Of a DNA stretch of 64,000 nucleotides, positions 22,113 through 36,411 are shown piece after piece. The position numbers and the translations under genes were made by a program. The notes under the pieces were generated by a model that made no database searches, was not told the origin of the DNA, and worked only from the letters and a program-made list of their open reading frames with translations. Numbering within the stretch: position 1 is the stretch's first letter; the number at the start of each line of letters is the position of its first letter. The stretch is from Macrostomum lignano (lineage: Eukaryota), in assembly GCA_002269645.1 (NCBI GenBank), contig NIVC01003992.1, positions 1-64,000 on the forward strand, in the 5' to 3' direction.

Positions 22113-23578
22113 CACACAACTTATACAGAATGCTCAGTCAGCGTTTTTTTAGAATAAAACTGAGTAGAAATAGATGCGCGCTCACACTACTTTGTCGATG
22201 AAGAGGAATGAGTAGCCATAGACTATAGCTGTGACTTGCGTTAAAACTGCTATGCGATAGTCGATTTTGCAGTACAAAAGGCACTAACTCAAGGTATCAT
22301 ATCTTTTTATGTATCATACTGTTTTAAATGGTTTAAATGTACGTTTTTTATTCAAATGATGCAAGTATACATGCTCATAAAAGGAAAACATACTTTGATA
22401 AAGTCCGTCATAAGAACAATGTAGGCAATGCAATACAAGAATTATTCATTGTTTAGCAATTTGACGATCATTATTCACATTTTTAATGCAGAACAATCCA
22501 CTACTACAAACAATGCATTGTCTGTAGGATCGTCAAACAGAAAAACAATGCAAAGAATCAGCGGTCGCAGCACGTGACAACGATTTGTCTATGGCTCGCG
22601 CCTACCGGCGCTCGCCAGACAATCGTTATCACGCACTGGGACCGCTGATTATTTATCCATTATTCCGGTTTTCTTTTAGCAGGCGAACCAAAGTTGCTCT
22701 CGGGACGGGTTTCCTTCCCTTTGGCTAATCATGCCGCTCACTTGCAGTCTCGGCAAAACCAGAAACATCGTTTTCGTTTTGTACTTTACCACTTACGCGA
22801 GTTTGATGCAGAGATGCTGGAGAATCAGTTCTCTGCTTTGGAAGCGGCCGATGTATTTGCTTTGTTACGGCTTGCTTGTAGAGCTTTAGCGTAGAAATTG
22901 CATTCCAAGCAAGTCGACTGTGAGCCTCGTGACGATTTTTCGGACACATGTACATGTGGTCCTCGAAGTCATGACTGCATACAACTGCATTCGCCCATTT
23001 GTGCTCGAACAGCTTCTTGCCTATAAGGTCAGCTCGGAATATCCGGCGAGCCCAATCTTCACACCTGTAATGTTAATTATATCAGTCGCAGTTGCTAAAT
23101 GTAGATAAAGGTACGAAGGCTTCTACAGAAAGAATGACGAAGTTGGTCATTTCGCAATCTGCAACTCACCGATCACGGTCTGATGGAAACCTGTGGAATC
23201 GTGTTCCAGGTGGACATTCAAAAGCGTAGTTTGGGCAGCCGTAGGCTGCGCACTGTGTCCGTGATTTTGCAGATGGCATAAAGCAATTAGCTTCTCAGCA
23301 TTTTGCTTAGCAAAAATTCTTCTTCCTCTCTTAATACTCAAAGCCACGCAGTCCAAAGCACGGATTTTGTATTATCTAGACGGGTAACTTTGTTGAGACT
23401 CTCGCAACATACTAAGCCTTCGCCTCATAGGCGCTCGCGGAAACCCCGAGGTTTTGGCCATAGACAAACCTATGGCTACTCATTCCTCTTCATTGACAAA
23501 GTAGTGTGAGCGCGCATCTATTTCTACTCAGTTCTATTCTAAAAAAACGCTGACTGAGCATTCTGTGTAAGTTCTGTG
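22113..23578 (-). mobile_element. Non-autonomous P-superfamily (THAP) DNA transposon, 1466 bp
   Basis: 109-bp terminal inverted repeats at 22113-22221 and 23470-23578 with 4 mismatches; termini CACAC/CACAG; exact 8-bp TSD GACGTGGC at 22105-22112 and 23579-23586; internal spliced THAP ORF; too short to encode a transposase. Confidence 0.9.
22725..23279 (-). CDS. THAP zinc-finger DNA-binding domain protein, truncated transposase N-terminus, inside the transposon
   Basis: Exon 23279-23170 MPSAKSRTQCAAYGCPNYAFECPPGTRFHRFPSDRDR (CG|gtgagt). Exon from 23064 (ttacag|G) CEDWARRIFRADLIGKKLFEHKWANAVVCSHDFEDHMYMCPKNRHEAHSRLAWNAISTL. THAP signature C-x4-C, FxFP, W, VCS..F and an AVPT-like box. The second exon ends either at a GTAAGT donor (22796) or reads on to TAG at 22725. 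Confidence 0.85.
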
Positions 23579-24451
23579 GACGTGGCCTTAACCATCAAGG
23601 TCTGGCAAAGTCTACGTTCGCGCCCAAGCCCTGTGACGCTGTTCTCATTCTGAGACTTCCTACAGCGTATCTTGTGGCGGTTTTATATCTAAACTAGATT
23701 CTAACAGAACTTTGTGATTTACTTACCGGACTCGGCTGCAGGGGGTTCCGGCATCGGGATACAGCGAGCCCTAGCGACCGCGGGCAGCTGATGTCGCGTA
23801 GGGAGATCCGGTGGTGCCGGCGTCCGCAGCGCGGTCCTCCTCCAGAGAGGGAGCGGACGAGCTGGCAGAGATTCTCGGGCCTGAAAATGTCTGAAGGGTC
23901 CAAGTTTTCCCCCAACTGGGTGAGCCTGTCCTGAGTAAATTAGGTCCTGAGTAGAGACATCGATAAAGTGCTCCGCATTCTCAACACCGAAGCGGCAGAA
24001 TTTTATTCCCTGGAGGTAGCGATGCCTTACAATAGGACCCAAGTTTTTTGCATTTGTAAAGCGCATCAGATCAACAGACTTTCTTTGCACCCTAGCAAGA
24101 TAATGCAGCCCCCCACGTAGTTATCGTACAAATATACACACACACACACTGACCATCTGTTGATTTCACCTCTATATCAATCGCTCATATCGCATGTATA
24201 CCGCGCTCTTATCGAGCTGTTCTTATTTAGTCTGTGCACCAAAGCTGTCCCGTTAAGCCACGCCAGGTGCAGGGAAAAGGAGAGAAGAAGAGCACCTGTC
24301 AATCACACTGGCGCCCCGCCTATGATATCAGAGAGTCATCCCAGCAGCTAGAAGCTACTGTACAGTATAGCGAGCGATTCAGGTGGCTAAAAAGATGGCG
24401 ACGGCCTTATCTTTGTCTCTCTCTCTTTCTCGCTCTCTTTTTAAGGGCGGA

Positions 24452-24490
<39 letters not shown>

Positions 24491-24814
24491 GGTTCCGGCT
24501 TCATCGAGCCCGCAGTCGACCAACGATAGTCCCTAATACTCGCAATAATGTGAATGTCACTAGTACGTTCGTTAAATACCCAAGGTGTCAGTCATGTGTG
24601 CTTGGGGCTGAAGAGTAAAGGAATCGCATAAATTTCAAGTGGAGGATGTACAAATTTAATGCTTGAGAACTGAATAAATAGCTAAAAAAGGAATACACAA
24701 AGATCATAACAGAATCAGTAACAAAAAATTGAAACCCTGAAAGCAGTTTACAAAGCGCGAAAACAGAGGGAGATTAAAGAGAAAAATCTGAATAATCGAG
24801 AGAGACACAGAAGC

Positions 24815-25735
24815 GGGTAGAGTCACAGAGACGCGAGGAGAGTCACAGAGACGCATGGAAAGAGTCACAGAGACGCGGGGAGAGTCACAGAGACGCGAGG
24901 AGAGTCACAGAGATGCGAGGAGAGTCACAGAGATGCGAGGAGAGTTACAGAGATGCGAGGAGAATCACAGAGACGCGAGGATAATCACAGAGACGCGAGG
25001 AGAGTCACAGAGACGCGAGGAGAGTCACAGAGACGCGAGGAGAGTCACAGAGACGCGAGGAGAGTCACAGAGACGCGAAAAGGGTCACAGAGACGCGAAG
25101 AGAGTCACAGAGACGCCTGGAAAGAGTCACAGAGACGCGAGGAGAGTCACAGAGACGCGAGGAGAGTCACAGAGACGCGAGGAGAGTCACAGAGACGCGA
25201 GGAGAGTCACAGAGATGCGAGTAGAGTCACATTGACGCCGGGGAGAGTCACAGAGACGCGGGGAGAGTCACAGAGACGCGAGGAGAGTCACAGAGACGCC
25301 TGGAAAGAGTCACAGAGACGCGGGGAGAGTCACAGAGATGCGAGTAGAGTCACAGAGACGCCGGGGAGAGTCACAGAGACGCATGGAAAGAGTCACAGAG
25401 ATGCGGGGAGAGACACAGAGACGCGGGGAGAGTCACAGAGATGCGGGGAGAGACACAGAGACGCGGGGAGAGTCACAGAGACGCGAGGAGAGTCACAGAG
25501 ACGCGAGGAGAGTCACAGAGATGCGAGGAGAGTCACAGAGATGCGAGGAGAGTCACAGAGACGCGAGGAGAGTCACAGAGACGCGAGGAGAGTCACAGAG
25601 ATGCGAGTAGAGTCACAGAGACGCGGGGAGAGTCACAGAGATGCGGGGAGAGACACAGAGACGCGGGGAGAGTCACAGAGATGCGGGGAGAGACACAGAG
25701 ACGCCGGGGAGAGTCACAGAGACGCGAGGGGAGAC
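24815..25735. repeat. 20/21-bp purine-rich minisatellite
   Basis: Unit GAGAGTCACAGAGACGCGAG with variants, about 45 copies. Confidence 0.95.
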
Positions 25736-27299
25736 AACGACAGAGCAGGCACATGGCAGCAGACGTGGGAAGGAATGCGTGCGGCGTGTACCCCACTCTG
25801 ACCTCGGATTGGGTCGCCCAGGGACACGCACGCCACGCCCGCCCCTCTAGTCACCGCATGGGGGGAGTGAAACACCAAATAGAAAGCGGACCCTCTGCAC
25901 TCCGCAGTTTCCGCGGAGGCAGCTCCGTCTGCGCCATCCCAGCAGCCAACCGGCAGAACTGCAGCAGCTCCCCAACCCCTGCACATCCGCAGTTCTCGAG
26001 CGCCCACGCAATTCGCCTCGGGCCGGACGGCCTCGTATAAATCGGCGTCTCTTTCATAGGCTGGTAGCTTCCTAAAGCCTAATTCGTGTTTTAAACCTAC
26101 CTGGCGATCAAGCCTTTTTGAAAGTATTTCTTGTCCAATGGTTTTGAGGATCAATCGAGGTGAGTATTGTAGGCAGCTAGCTATAAGAAAGTTCAACTTT
26201 TTATAATCTCTCATCCCAAAACCCAGATCCAAAAAGAAGAAATTATCGCGAGAAGCTGGAGGGGCACCATTTTCAGACAGAGCTTTAGTAGGCAAAAAGA
26301 CGAGAAGAAACCTGGAAGCTTTCTACAAGTTTATAAATGTTTACAAGAAAAGAGACGGTGCATGGATGCATCTAGATAAGCCAGTTTTTTCAGCTTGTAT
26401 TTATTATTTGCAAACTAAGTTCCATAAGCAGTTTGAAGAGAGCCGCCGCCTTAATCATGCTGAACAGAGAGAGGAAGTGAGGCTAAGGCCGATCGTTCAC
26501 GCTGCCCACTAGGCTTGCATCAAGGCAATTTCCAGGAATGCGCACTAACACCACGCTTAGCGGTATCCTGTGCATCCGCCGGAGTGGGCAGAGGGAGAGA
26601 GAGAGGAGACACAAAATGCGGCAGCTGGGATGTGAAATTCGCCAGAAAAATATATTTTGGGGTTTTGCCGGACTGCTTCTGATAAACAGAGCCATACATT
26701 GGCCATCGCTTAAACCCAATTTTGCTGCTGCAATTCCGCATTCCGAATGTTTCTCTCCTAGTTGCTAGCGGCAATTAATTTGAATTCAACCTCAATGCGG
26801 ACGACAAGCAATAAATTGTTTATTAGAAGGAAAAATAGCGTATTTCTGTTGGTTATAATACTGTAGATGGGTAAAATCATTGTATATAGTTTATGAGCGT
26901 AAAAATGCGCATATTCTTACCCCTAAGACTTTACACCTGCCTTTATAGCTTGGGTTGCTCCTACACCTGTACTCCTACTGACGGAAGGTGACAAGATTCA
27001 CTGTGCCGTTTTGTAATAAGGTGGTTGGGATTAAGTTACTTTTGAGCTTGCTCTAGTGTTCATTGAGCCCGATTCATCAACTCACTCGTCATTCCTACGT
27101 AGCGAAGCCACGTTTCTACAGCGACTAGAATTTCTTCATAGTTTTCCATATGTCTACATCTTTGATGACGGCTAATTCGCTAAAAGTACATTTGGCTTGA
27201 CTTTATCAAGTCCGTACTAATGTTCTTAACTTGGCTGATTGTCAATTGGAGCTTATTTTGCTTCTCATTGCTGTGGCTTAGTTATAAATTAGTTTTTTT

Positions 27300-27508
27300 A
27301 TATCCCGGATGTACAGTTCTCTATCCCGGATGTACAGTTCTCTATCCCGGATGTACAGTTCTCTATCCCGGATGTACAGTTCTCTATCCCGGATGTACAG
27401 TTCTCTATCCCGGATGTACAGTTCTCTATCCCGGATAGACAATTCTCTACCCCGGATGTACAGTTCTCTAACCCCGGATGGACAATTCTCTACCCCGGAT
27501 GTACAGTT
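27300..27508. repeat. 21-bp minisatellite
   Basis: Unit TATCCCGGATGTACAGTTCTC, about 10 copies. Confidence 0.95.
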
Positions 27509-28204
27509 CTGCACGTACTATCAATGTAGTTCTTTTAGTTCTTTGCGTACTCTGAATGTACACTATATAGTTCTCCATCCCGAACGTAAAGCGCTCAGTT
27601 TTTCATCCTGTTTAAAACAATGCGTCACTCTCAACTCTATCAAATTAGAAAAAGCCATTTTCAGCCTCATTCCTGAAATCAGCATCAGAGCAGGAACCAT
27701 GCGGCATACAGTTTTAATATTCACTAAATCGGTTTCGGATGACTGCGTTTCCACACGCGTTGATTTTCGCTTTTAATCAGATTGTATCGCAGCAAAACCA
27801 GCTGCCTCAGCGTCCCTGCAGTTGGCATTGATTCCCTATCAGCGGTGTAGCTGGTTTGAAGGAAATCGAGGAGAGACATTGTAGCTAACAGTGATCTCAA
27901 AAAAGCGGGGCGCATGACCGGTCACCCAGACAGAACGCGGAACCCACGCGAGCATGCTGCACAGGCAGAGAGAGAAATCGACAAAAGGGGCAGTGATAAT
28001 ATAAAAATAAAAATTGTTGCTTTCTGATCAATACAGCCAGGGAGACACAGAGCCAGAACCCGGAGTGCTGAATCTTTGACTCAAAATCGGTGTAGAATCA
28101 GAAAAAAACTTAGATCGGGACTAGCTCATAAGTATTGGTTGGATTGCTTAGAATGTAAATGATCTTTCTCTGAGACTACGCAGAATCTTTTTAGGCTGGA
28201 AAGT

Positions 28205-28805
28205 TGTAGCCAGGTTCTGGTTCCATGCAGATCTCCATGATCTTGTCAAGCCAGGTTCTGGTTCTAGATCTCCATGATCTTGTCGAGCTAGGTTCTGATT
28301 CCAGATCTCCATGATCTAGTCAAGCTAGTTTCTTGTTCTAGATCTCCATGATCTTGTCGAGCCAGGTTCTTGTTCCAGATCTCCATGATCTAGTCAAGCT
28401 AGGTTCTGATTCCAGATCTCCATGATCTAGTCAAGCTAGTTTCTTGTTCCAGATCTCCATGATCTAGTCAAGCTAGGTTCTGATTCCAGATCTCCATGAT
28501 CTAGTCAAGCTAGTTTCTTGTTCTAGATCTCCATGATCTAGTCAAGCTAGTTTCTTGTTCCAGATCTCCATGATCTAGTCAAGCTAGGTTCTGATTCCAG
28601 ATCTCCATGATCTAGTCAAGCTAGTTTCTTGTTCCAGATCTCCATGATCTAGTCAAGCTAGGTTCTGATTCCAGATCTCCATGATCTAGTCAAGCTAGGT
28701 TCTGATTCCAGATCTCCATGATCTGGTCAAGCTAGGTTCTTGTTCCAGATCTCCATGATCTAGTCGAGCCAGCTTCTGGTTCCAGATCTCCATGATGTAG
28801 TCGAG
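28205..28805. repeat. 37-bp minisatellite
   Basis: Unit AGATCTCCATGATCTAGTCAAGCTAGGTTCTGATTCC, about 16 copies. Confidence 0.95.
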
Positions 28806-30249
28806 TTAGGGAAATCGAGCTAGAGAAAGGTAATGAATTGAGGAGTCGAGACCGCAAGTCCTTTGTTGCGGCTGCTGTGCCTTTGTAAAATAAGGAGGCA
28901 AGCCTTTGAAGCTAAAATATCCATAACCCCTAGAGCCATAACTCAACGGAAAGAGTGAAGTGGAAAGCTAAGGGACAGAAACAGAACACATGGGAGTCTT
29001 CAAACCAGGAAAAATTGCACTTTAGCTCAAGGAGTTCCTAACTAAGACTGACTGAAACTTGCCTGAGCAGGGGGAAATTTTGCTGTTTTTTCCAATTCCA
29101 ATTCATTCGAGTCGAGACAGAAAATCTTCTTCGCGATACATTCGAGTTCCCAGTTGCGTCGTAAAACTAGTGGATGCGTACGCTCGATGGCAGCCGCAAA
29201 TCCCGGGACAGACCGGCAGACCAGACTTGAGCCGGAGCATCTTCTGTGGGCCCGGCCCTCCCATAGTGAAATAATGGGAAGAAAGAAAGAGAAAGGCTTA
29301 TCCCGTTAATCCTTAATTAATTTGCTTGACATGCACGAGTAAGACGGCCCCCAGGTTCCGAGACCCGTCAGTCTGGGAGGGGATCGAGCCACAATTGTCG
29401 GGCACCCCGTCTCTCTCTCTGCCTCTACCTGAATCTCTTCTTCTTTCCAACGGTCATGTTTTCTCCGTTCAATGTCGTCCTAATCTGTAGCCGACTCAGC
29501 TAGGGAGAGACTGCACTTTACCCGCGAAGCTCGGATCCCGGAAGGTATATCAATGTCTTTCGTTTCAGATGAACTAGAACGGGCTCGCTTTATAGGCTAA
29601 TGTCAGCATGACATGCCACTGAGAATCAATCAGAAGTCTTTTACAGAACAGAGCAATCACGACATTCTTTTTCCAACCTAATTAGTCACTAGCCATATTT
29701 TTTTCTGCATTAGAGTCTGTCTAGCTACTTAAGACTCTGCTCTTCAGCATACAAACTCACAAGGTAGACATTGCCTGTGTTTGCCCAAAACCCTTTCCCC
29801 TCTTATTTGGTGAATCACGATGAGACGCTACTCAGCCGAGTTTTCAGTCTTCAACTCTCGGGATATGAGCTCGAGGATGACAGAGGGGGAAGCAGGGAAG
29901 GGGGGACGCGCAAAAAACACGCAGACTCCGAGAAAAGATGCGGCCATGTCAGGGCCCGAGTAGCTGGGCGGGCAGGAAGGGATGGGACAGAAATGGCACG
30001 GGGAATATTGCAGATTAGGACCCGCGGCTTATCGCGTGAGGTAGCCGAGTCTCCGGGGCTGATTATTGCAAACGAAACTCGACGGGTCTGGGGGAGAGAA
30101 GAACAGAGGCGAACGAGTCGACTGTTTCAAGACCCTCTGCTCTGTCTCTTCGTCTGCTGCCCCATCTGACCATTGCCACAGATGCGTCTCCCAGACCTTG
30201 CGTAACGGTGATGGGTGACCGTGGCAAAGCTATTCTAGCTTCTGTTTGC

Positions 30250-30568
<319 letters not shown>

Positions 30569-31071
30569 AGTGCGAGCCCATTGATGACTGTCCCGCGCAT
30601 CACATACTACTAGCGGATCGCAGCACCTCAGCCCCATTGGATTCCTGCTGACTGTTCGCTGCCACCTTCCCCCTGACTGGCGTTTCAGGGGCTGGCCTGG
30701 CCAATCGTTTTTCTTCTCCTTGCTCAAATCCTGTTCCAATCGCATTGGAGACTTTGAGCAGACACACACTGACGGTGACGGGGGAACCGAGAGCCGTAGG
30801 GAAGGGAAGCAGTGGGAAGCCTGCCCAGATTTCAAGTATGGGAGACGGTTGCTACTTAGTCTGCTACTCTGGGAAGGGGCGGTGGATGTTGCACAGTTGC
30901 TGACTTTGTTCCTGTTGTATTCCCACTCAGCCCCAGAGATTATAGATGCAATGCTGGCCTGAATCTCAATCATGCCAGATGCTCCTCTTTGTATTGCATT
31001 CAGCTACAGACTTACTGACGGACTGATTTTGTTCCGACTCGAGAGCGACCGCGTTTTACAGTGCTGCTGCG

Positions 31072-31105
<34 letters not shown>

Positions 31106-31236
31106 CGGCAGGGGAGCAAAGCTGACCGAAGTTGGAATTGAGACGATATGATGATGCTCCGCTGTTGCGGTGCGAGTTACTGTTGAGGCCAGGACAAGCT
31201 CTCGGTGAGAACTCGGGTCGCATTGTCTGGAGCTGT

Positions 31237-32452
31237 CAGTGGACAATATCGATAGGATTTCAGTGGACAATGTCTATAGGGTATCAGTGGCCAATTTCTA
31301 TGTGATATCAGTGGACAATGTCCATGGGATATCTTGGCCATCAGTGGACAATGTCTATGGGATATCAGTGGCCAATTTCTATGTGATATCAGTGGCCAAT
31401 ATCGATAGGATATCAGTAGACAATGTCTATAGGATGTCAGTGGACAATGTCGAGGGATATCAGTGGACAATGTCTATAGGATATCAGTGGACAATGTCTA
31501 TAGGATATCAGTGACCAATGTCTATAGGATGTCAGTGGACAATGTCTATGGGATAGCAGTGGACAATGTCTATAGGATGTCAGTGGACAATGTCTATGGG
31601 ATAGCAGTGGACAATGTCTTTAGTATATCAGTGGACAATGTCTATGGGATATCAGTGGACAATGTCTATAGGATATCAGTGGACAATGTCTATAGGATAT
31701 CAGTGGCCAATGTCTATAGGATGTCAGTGGACAATGTCTATGGGATAGCAGTAAACAATGTCTATAGGACATCAGTGGACAATGTCTTTAGTATATCAGT
31801 GGACAATGTCTAGGGGATATCAGTGGAAACAATGTCTATAGGATATCAGTGAAAACAATGTCTATAGGATATCAGTGGAAACAATGTCTATAGGATATCA
31901 GTGGACAATATCTATAGGATATCAGTAGACAATGTCTTTAGTATATCAGTGGACAATGTCTATGGATATCAGTGCACAATGTCTATAGGATATCAGTGGA
32001 CAATGTCTATGGGATATCAGTAGACAATGTCTTTAGGATATCAGTGAACAATGTCTATGGGATAGCAGTGGACAATGTCTATAGGATATCAGTGAACAAT
32101 GTCTATGGGATAGCAGTGGACAATGTCTATAGGATGTCAGTGGACAATGTCTATAGGATATCAGTGGACAATATCTATAGGATATCAGTAGACAATGTCT
32201 TTAGTATATCAGTGGACAATGTCTAGGGGATATCAGTAGACAATGTCTTTAGGATATCAGTGAACAATGTCTATGGGATAGCAGTGGACAATGTCTATAG
32301 GATATCAGTGGACAATGTCTATAGGATATCAGTGGACAATGTCTATAGGATATCAGTGGACAATGTCTATAGGATATCAGTAGAGAATGTCTTAAGTATA
32401 TCAGTAGACAGTGTCTTTAGGATATCAGTGGACAATGTCTATCAGTGGACAA
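31237..32452. repeat. 24-bp minisatellite
   Basis: Unit GGATATCAGTGGACAATGTCTATA, about 50 copies. Confidence 0.96.
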
Positions 32453-33084
32453 TATGGAGAAGTTAAAAAGCATTAAATTAAGAAAAAAATAGAAAGAACT
32501 TTTTATAGGGCCTAGAATTTATTCGGCAGATTTTTCGAATCTCAAATATGCCATTATATAATATAGTACCACCACTGCCTATTGTACCTACTAATTTCAA
32601 TTAGATTAACTAGAACCAGGGCTCCCAGCCCGCATAGGACAGGCATCGCGTTGCCTTACACACCAGAGCTGTAATGTATTCATGGGCTCAAATGAGATTG
32701 CCGATCAGGCTTAGGGACAGGGGCAGAGGGAGAGATGAAAAATGCTACGAACGGCCGGCCTGTCTGCAGCAGAAATAAAACGAGAAGCAAGGGGGTCTGA
32801 CATTGGTGCCTCGGGCTTGAGCAGGGAGAGAGGGGGCAGAGAAAGGGGAGAGCGGATGTGTCAAGTCGTGGGGGCGTCCATTAAGCACTGGAGGGAGCGC
32901 AGGAGCGTTTTGGCTCATTGTTGGATCTCCTGCTCTGTGTGTTCCTCCCTTTCGCCAGTCATGGCTGTAAAAGCAGCAGATTTTGAGTGCTTTCTCATTA
33001 ATCTCCCGGCTCCTTGGGCTCGTTTTTGTCTAATTCGTCTCTTCCTTAGCGTGAGAATTCCCAGAAAGTCTCTGAAAGCCTCAT

Positions 33085-33280
33085 GGAAATCTTACAGTAA
33101 GCCACAAAGAAAATCTCAGAAATATTACGGGAAGTCTCTTAGGAAATCTCAGAAATCTTACGGGAAGTCTCACAGGAAATCTCAGAAATCTTACAGTAAG
33201 CCTCACAGGAAATCTCAGAAATCTTACGGGAAGTTTCACAGGAAATCCCACGGAAAAATCTACAAGAAATCTCATTGAGA
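33085..33280. repeat. 33-bp minisatellite
   Basis: Unit AATCTCAGAAATCTTACGGGAAGTCTCACAGGA, about 5-6 diverged copies. Confidence 0.85.
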
Positions 33281-34679
33281 ATCTCACAGTTTTCTATTCT
33301 GTAGCCGCGGAAATTTTCCTGACATTTTGCTGCATTCTCTGCTGTGTCAAAAACACAGGCGACCCTCATGGCTGATTTGTTAATTAAAGACCCAGTGCCA
33401 ATTGTCTTCTTGCAATAACCATCGCTGTAACAATGGAGAAAGGCTACTGCTTCCTGTCTGCCCAGCAACCAAGCGGGGGGGACCGATTGAAGTGCAGCAT
33501 AAATATTCACACCCCTCGGTAAAGCCGCGGCGGTGCTTATATTCAAGGGATAAAAAATATAGACACGGGAAAAAGATAGACAGCTAGCTAGAATTGAAGC
33601 AAATTGTAAGCGACTGACTGCTTGGCTCCGAGATTGCCGGGGAGACTGGCGCGCTCTCTCTCTCTCCCTCTCCCTCTCTCTCTCTCTCTAATCAAAACCG
33701 GGCACAACTCCGGCCCCGCGCAGCTGCTCTCGTGAGCCGCGCGGGTCGCCCAGGACTTAATGAGATTCGAGAAGTTCGGCAGCCCTACCCCACTGACCAG
33801 GCATGGGACGCTGGGTGCCCCCCGTCCCCCTCGGGGGGGGGGGGGGTCCCGCCCGTGTTGAGCGAAGTTGATGATGATGGATTAAGTAAAGCGGCTTTGT
33901 TTCCCCCCGGAGGGCCAGCCCCGCAAAATCCCATTCTCTCTGCTCCCATCTCTCCTTGTGGGGGCAACTTCCTCTGTCCCAAACTCTCCACTTGAATTTC
34001 GCTCATTCATAAGCTGGCAAAGGTCCGCAGTGGGGCACAGGCATCTTCCGTAATCTGACGGGCTCAGATAATTCTTTTATAAGCCGTCGCCTTTCCTGAG
34101 CCAGAAATAAATAAATAAAAGTCTGCTAAGTCGTCTATTGTTCATAAATAAATGTCAAAGTATTAGTTGCTTTTAATATCCACCTCCGTAGCTTCACACT
34201 CAGAAAAAAAGATTTAAACTCGAATCGAATCTTTAATCATGTCTCCAAGCATGATACGCTTGCATAGGCGCGGGTTGATCCAGGCGCAGGATCTGCAGCA
34301 GTCGCCGGCCATCCATCAGAAGCACGCCGGGCAGCCGATCGTAAATCTAATGAGGATGTTCCCCGGCTCTCAGAGAATCTTCTTTCGGTGGGGTGTCGTC
34401 TCACTCTCTCTTTTCTACTCCCCACCGAAAGGGATGAATGCTGTTCTCACTGACTGAGCTGAGAGCTGCAAGCATGACGTGGATCCTCCTGCATTCCCAA
34501 TTCGGGTACTTGGGGAGGACCCAGCGCTTTGTGGACGCAGGATCCTAATGCAATCAGTGTCACCGCTGCGACTCCTATAGCTCTCTCTCCGCTAATCTCT
34601 CATTTTATCTTCAATACACAGTCTTTTTCCACTTATTTCTCACACGCTTTCACACCTCTACTGTCTCTTTCTCTCATAC

Positions 34680-35915
<1,236 letters not shown>

Positions 35916-36411
35916 AGCTAAGACACCACAGTCCCCAGACTCCACAGGGGTTTCCCACAGGGAAGCAAGAGGCGGCAGACTTGAGTGTGCCGCAAAATTG
36001 ATGCCACGATCGCTGCACCCAATCCATTGCAGACTGTCGCATCCCAAGCAGGGAGTACTTGGACTCAAAAAACCGCCCCTGGGGGTGAGTAGGCCGGTAT
36101 AGCTGGGACTTTCTCCCAGCCTACAATAATCCTAGTGGCAGCCGCTGGCCCAGTGGAATAATGATCAGCTGCAGTATCAGAACCCCTCGATATCAGGGAT
36201 AAGTGAGGCAATGGGGTCCGTCAACCCCTTCTCCAACTCCGGACCCCAGTGCAAGCCGCTGCAAGTAATGGGGTATGCAAATTTTCCATGGGTATTCATT
36301 CCCTTGCCATCATTTTTGCGGACAATTTTTGTGTCAGAGCGAAAGCTCCGACTGAATGATTCTTCCATAATGTCTGACTTGCAAGTCAATGAATTATGGA
36401 GGCTTCTGCTG

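Larger units (their letters stand above)
21971..24091 (-). pseudogene. Candidate unknown gene interrupted by the THAP transposon
   Basis: Open 365-nt segment 24091-23727 bounded by ttgctag and G|GTAAGT. A 67-nt intron leads to a phase-matched acceptor at 23661-23660. With the element removed, that frame continues across the TSD to TGA at 21973-21971 with a single internal TGA (23597-23595). No recognisable domain. Confidence 0.3.

Noticed and set aside
30566-31233. Minus-strand poly-Q and Ser-rich ORFs with possible splice sites
   Set aside because: Low complexity, runs into (CAGA)n, no domain; not distinguishable from chance.
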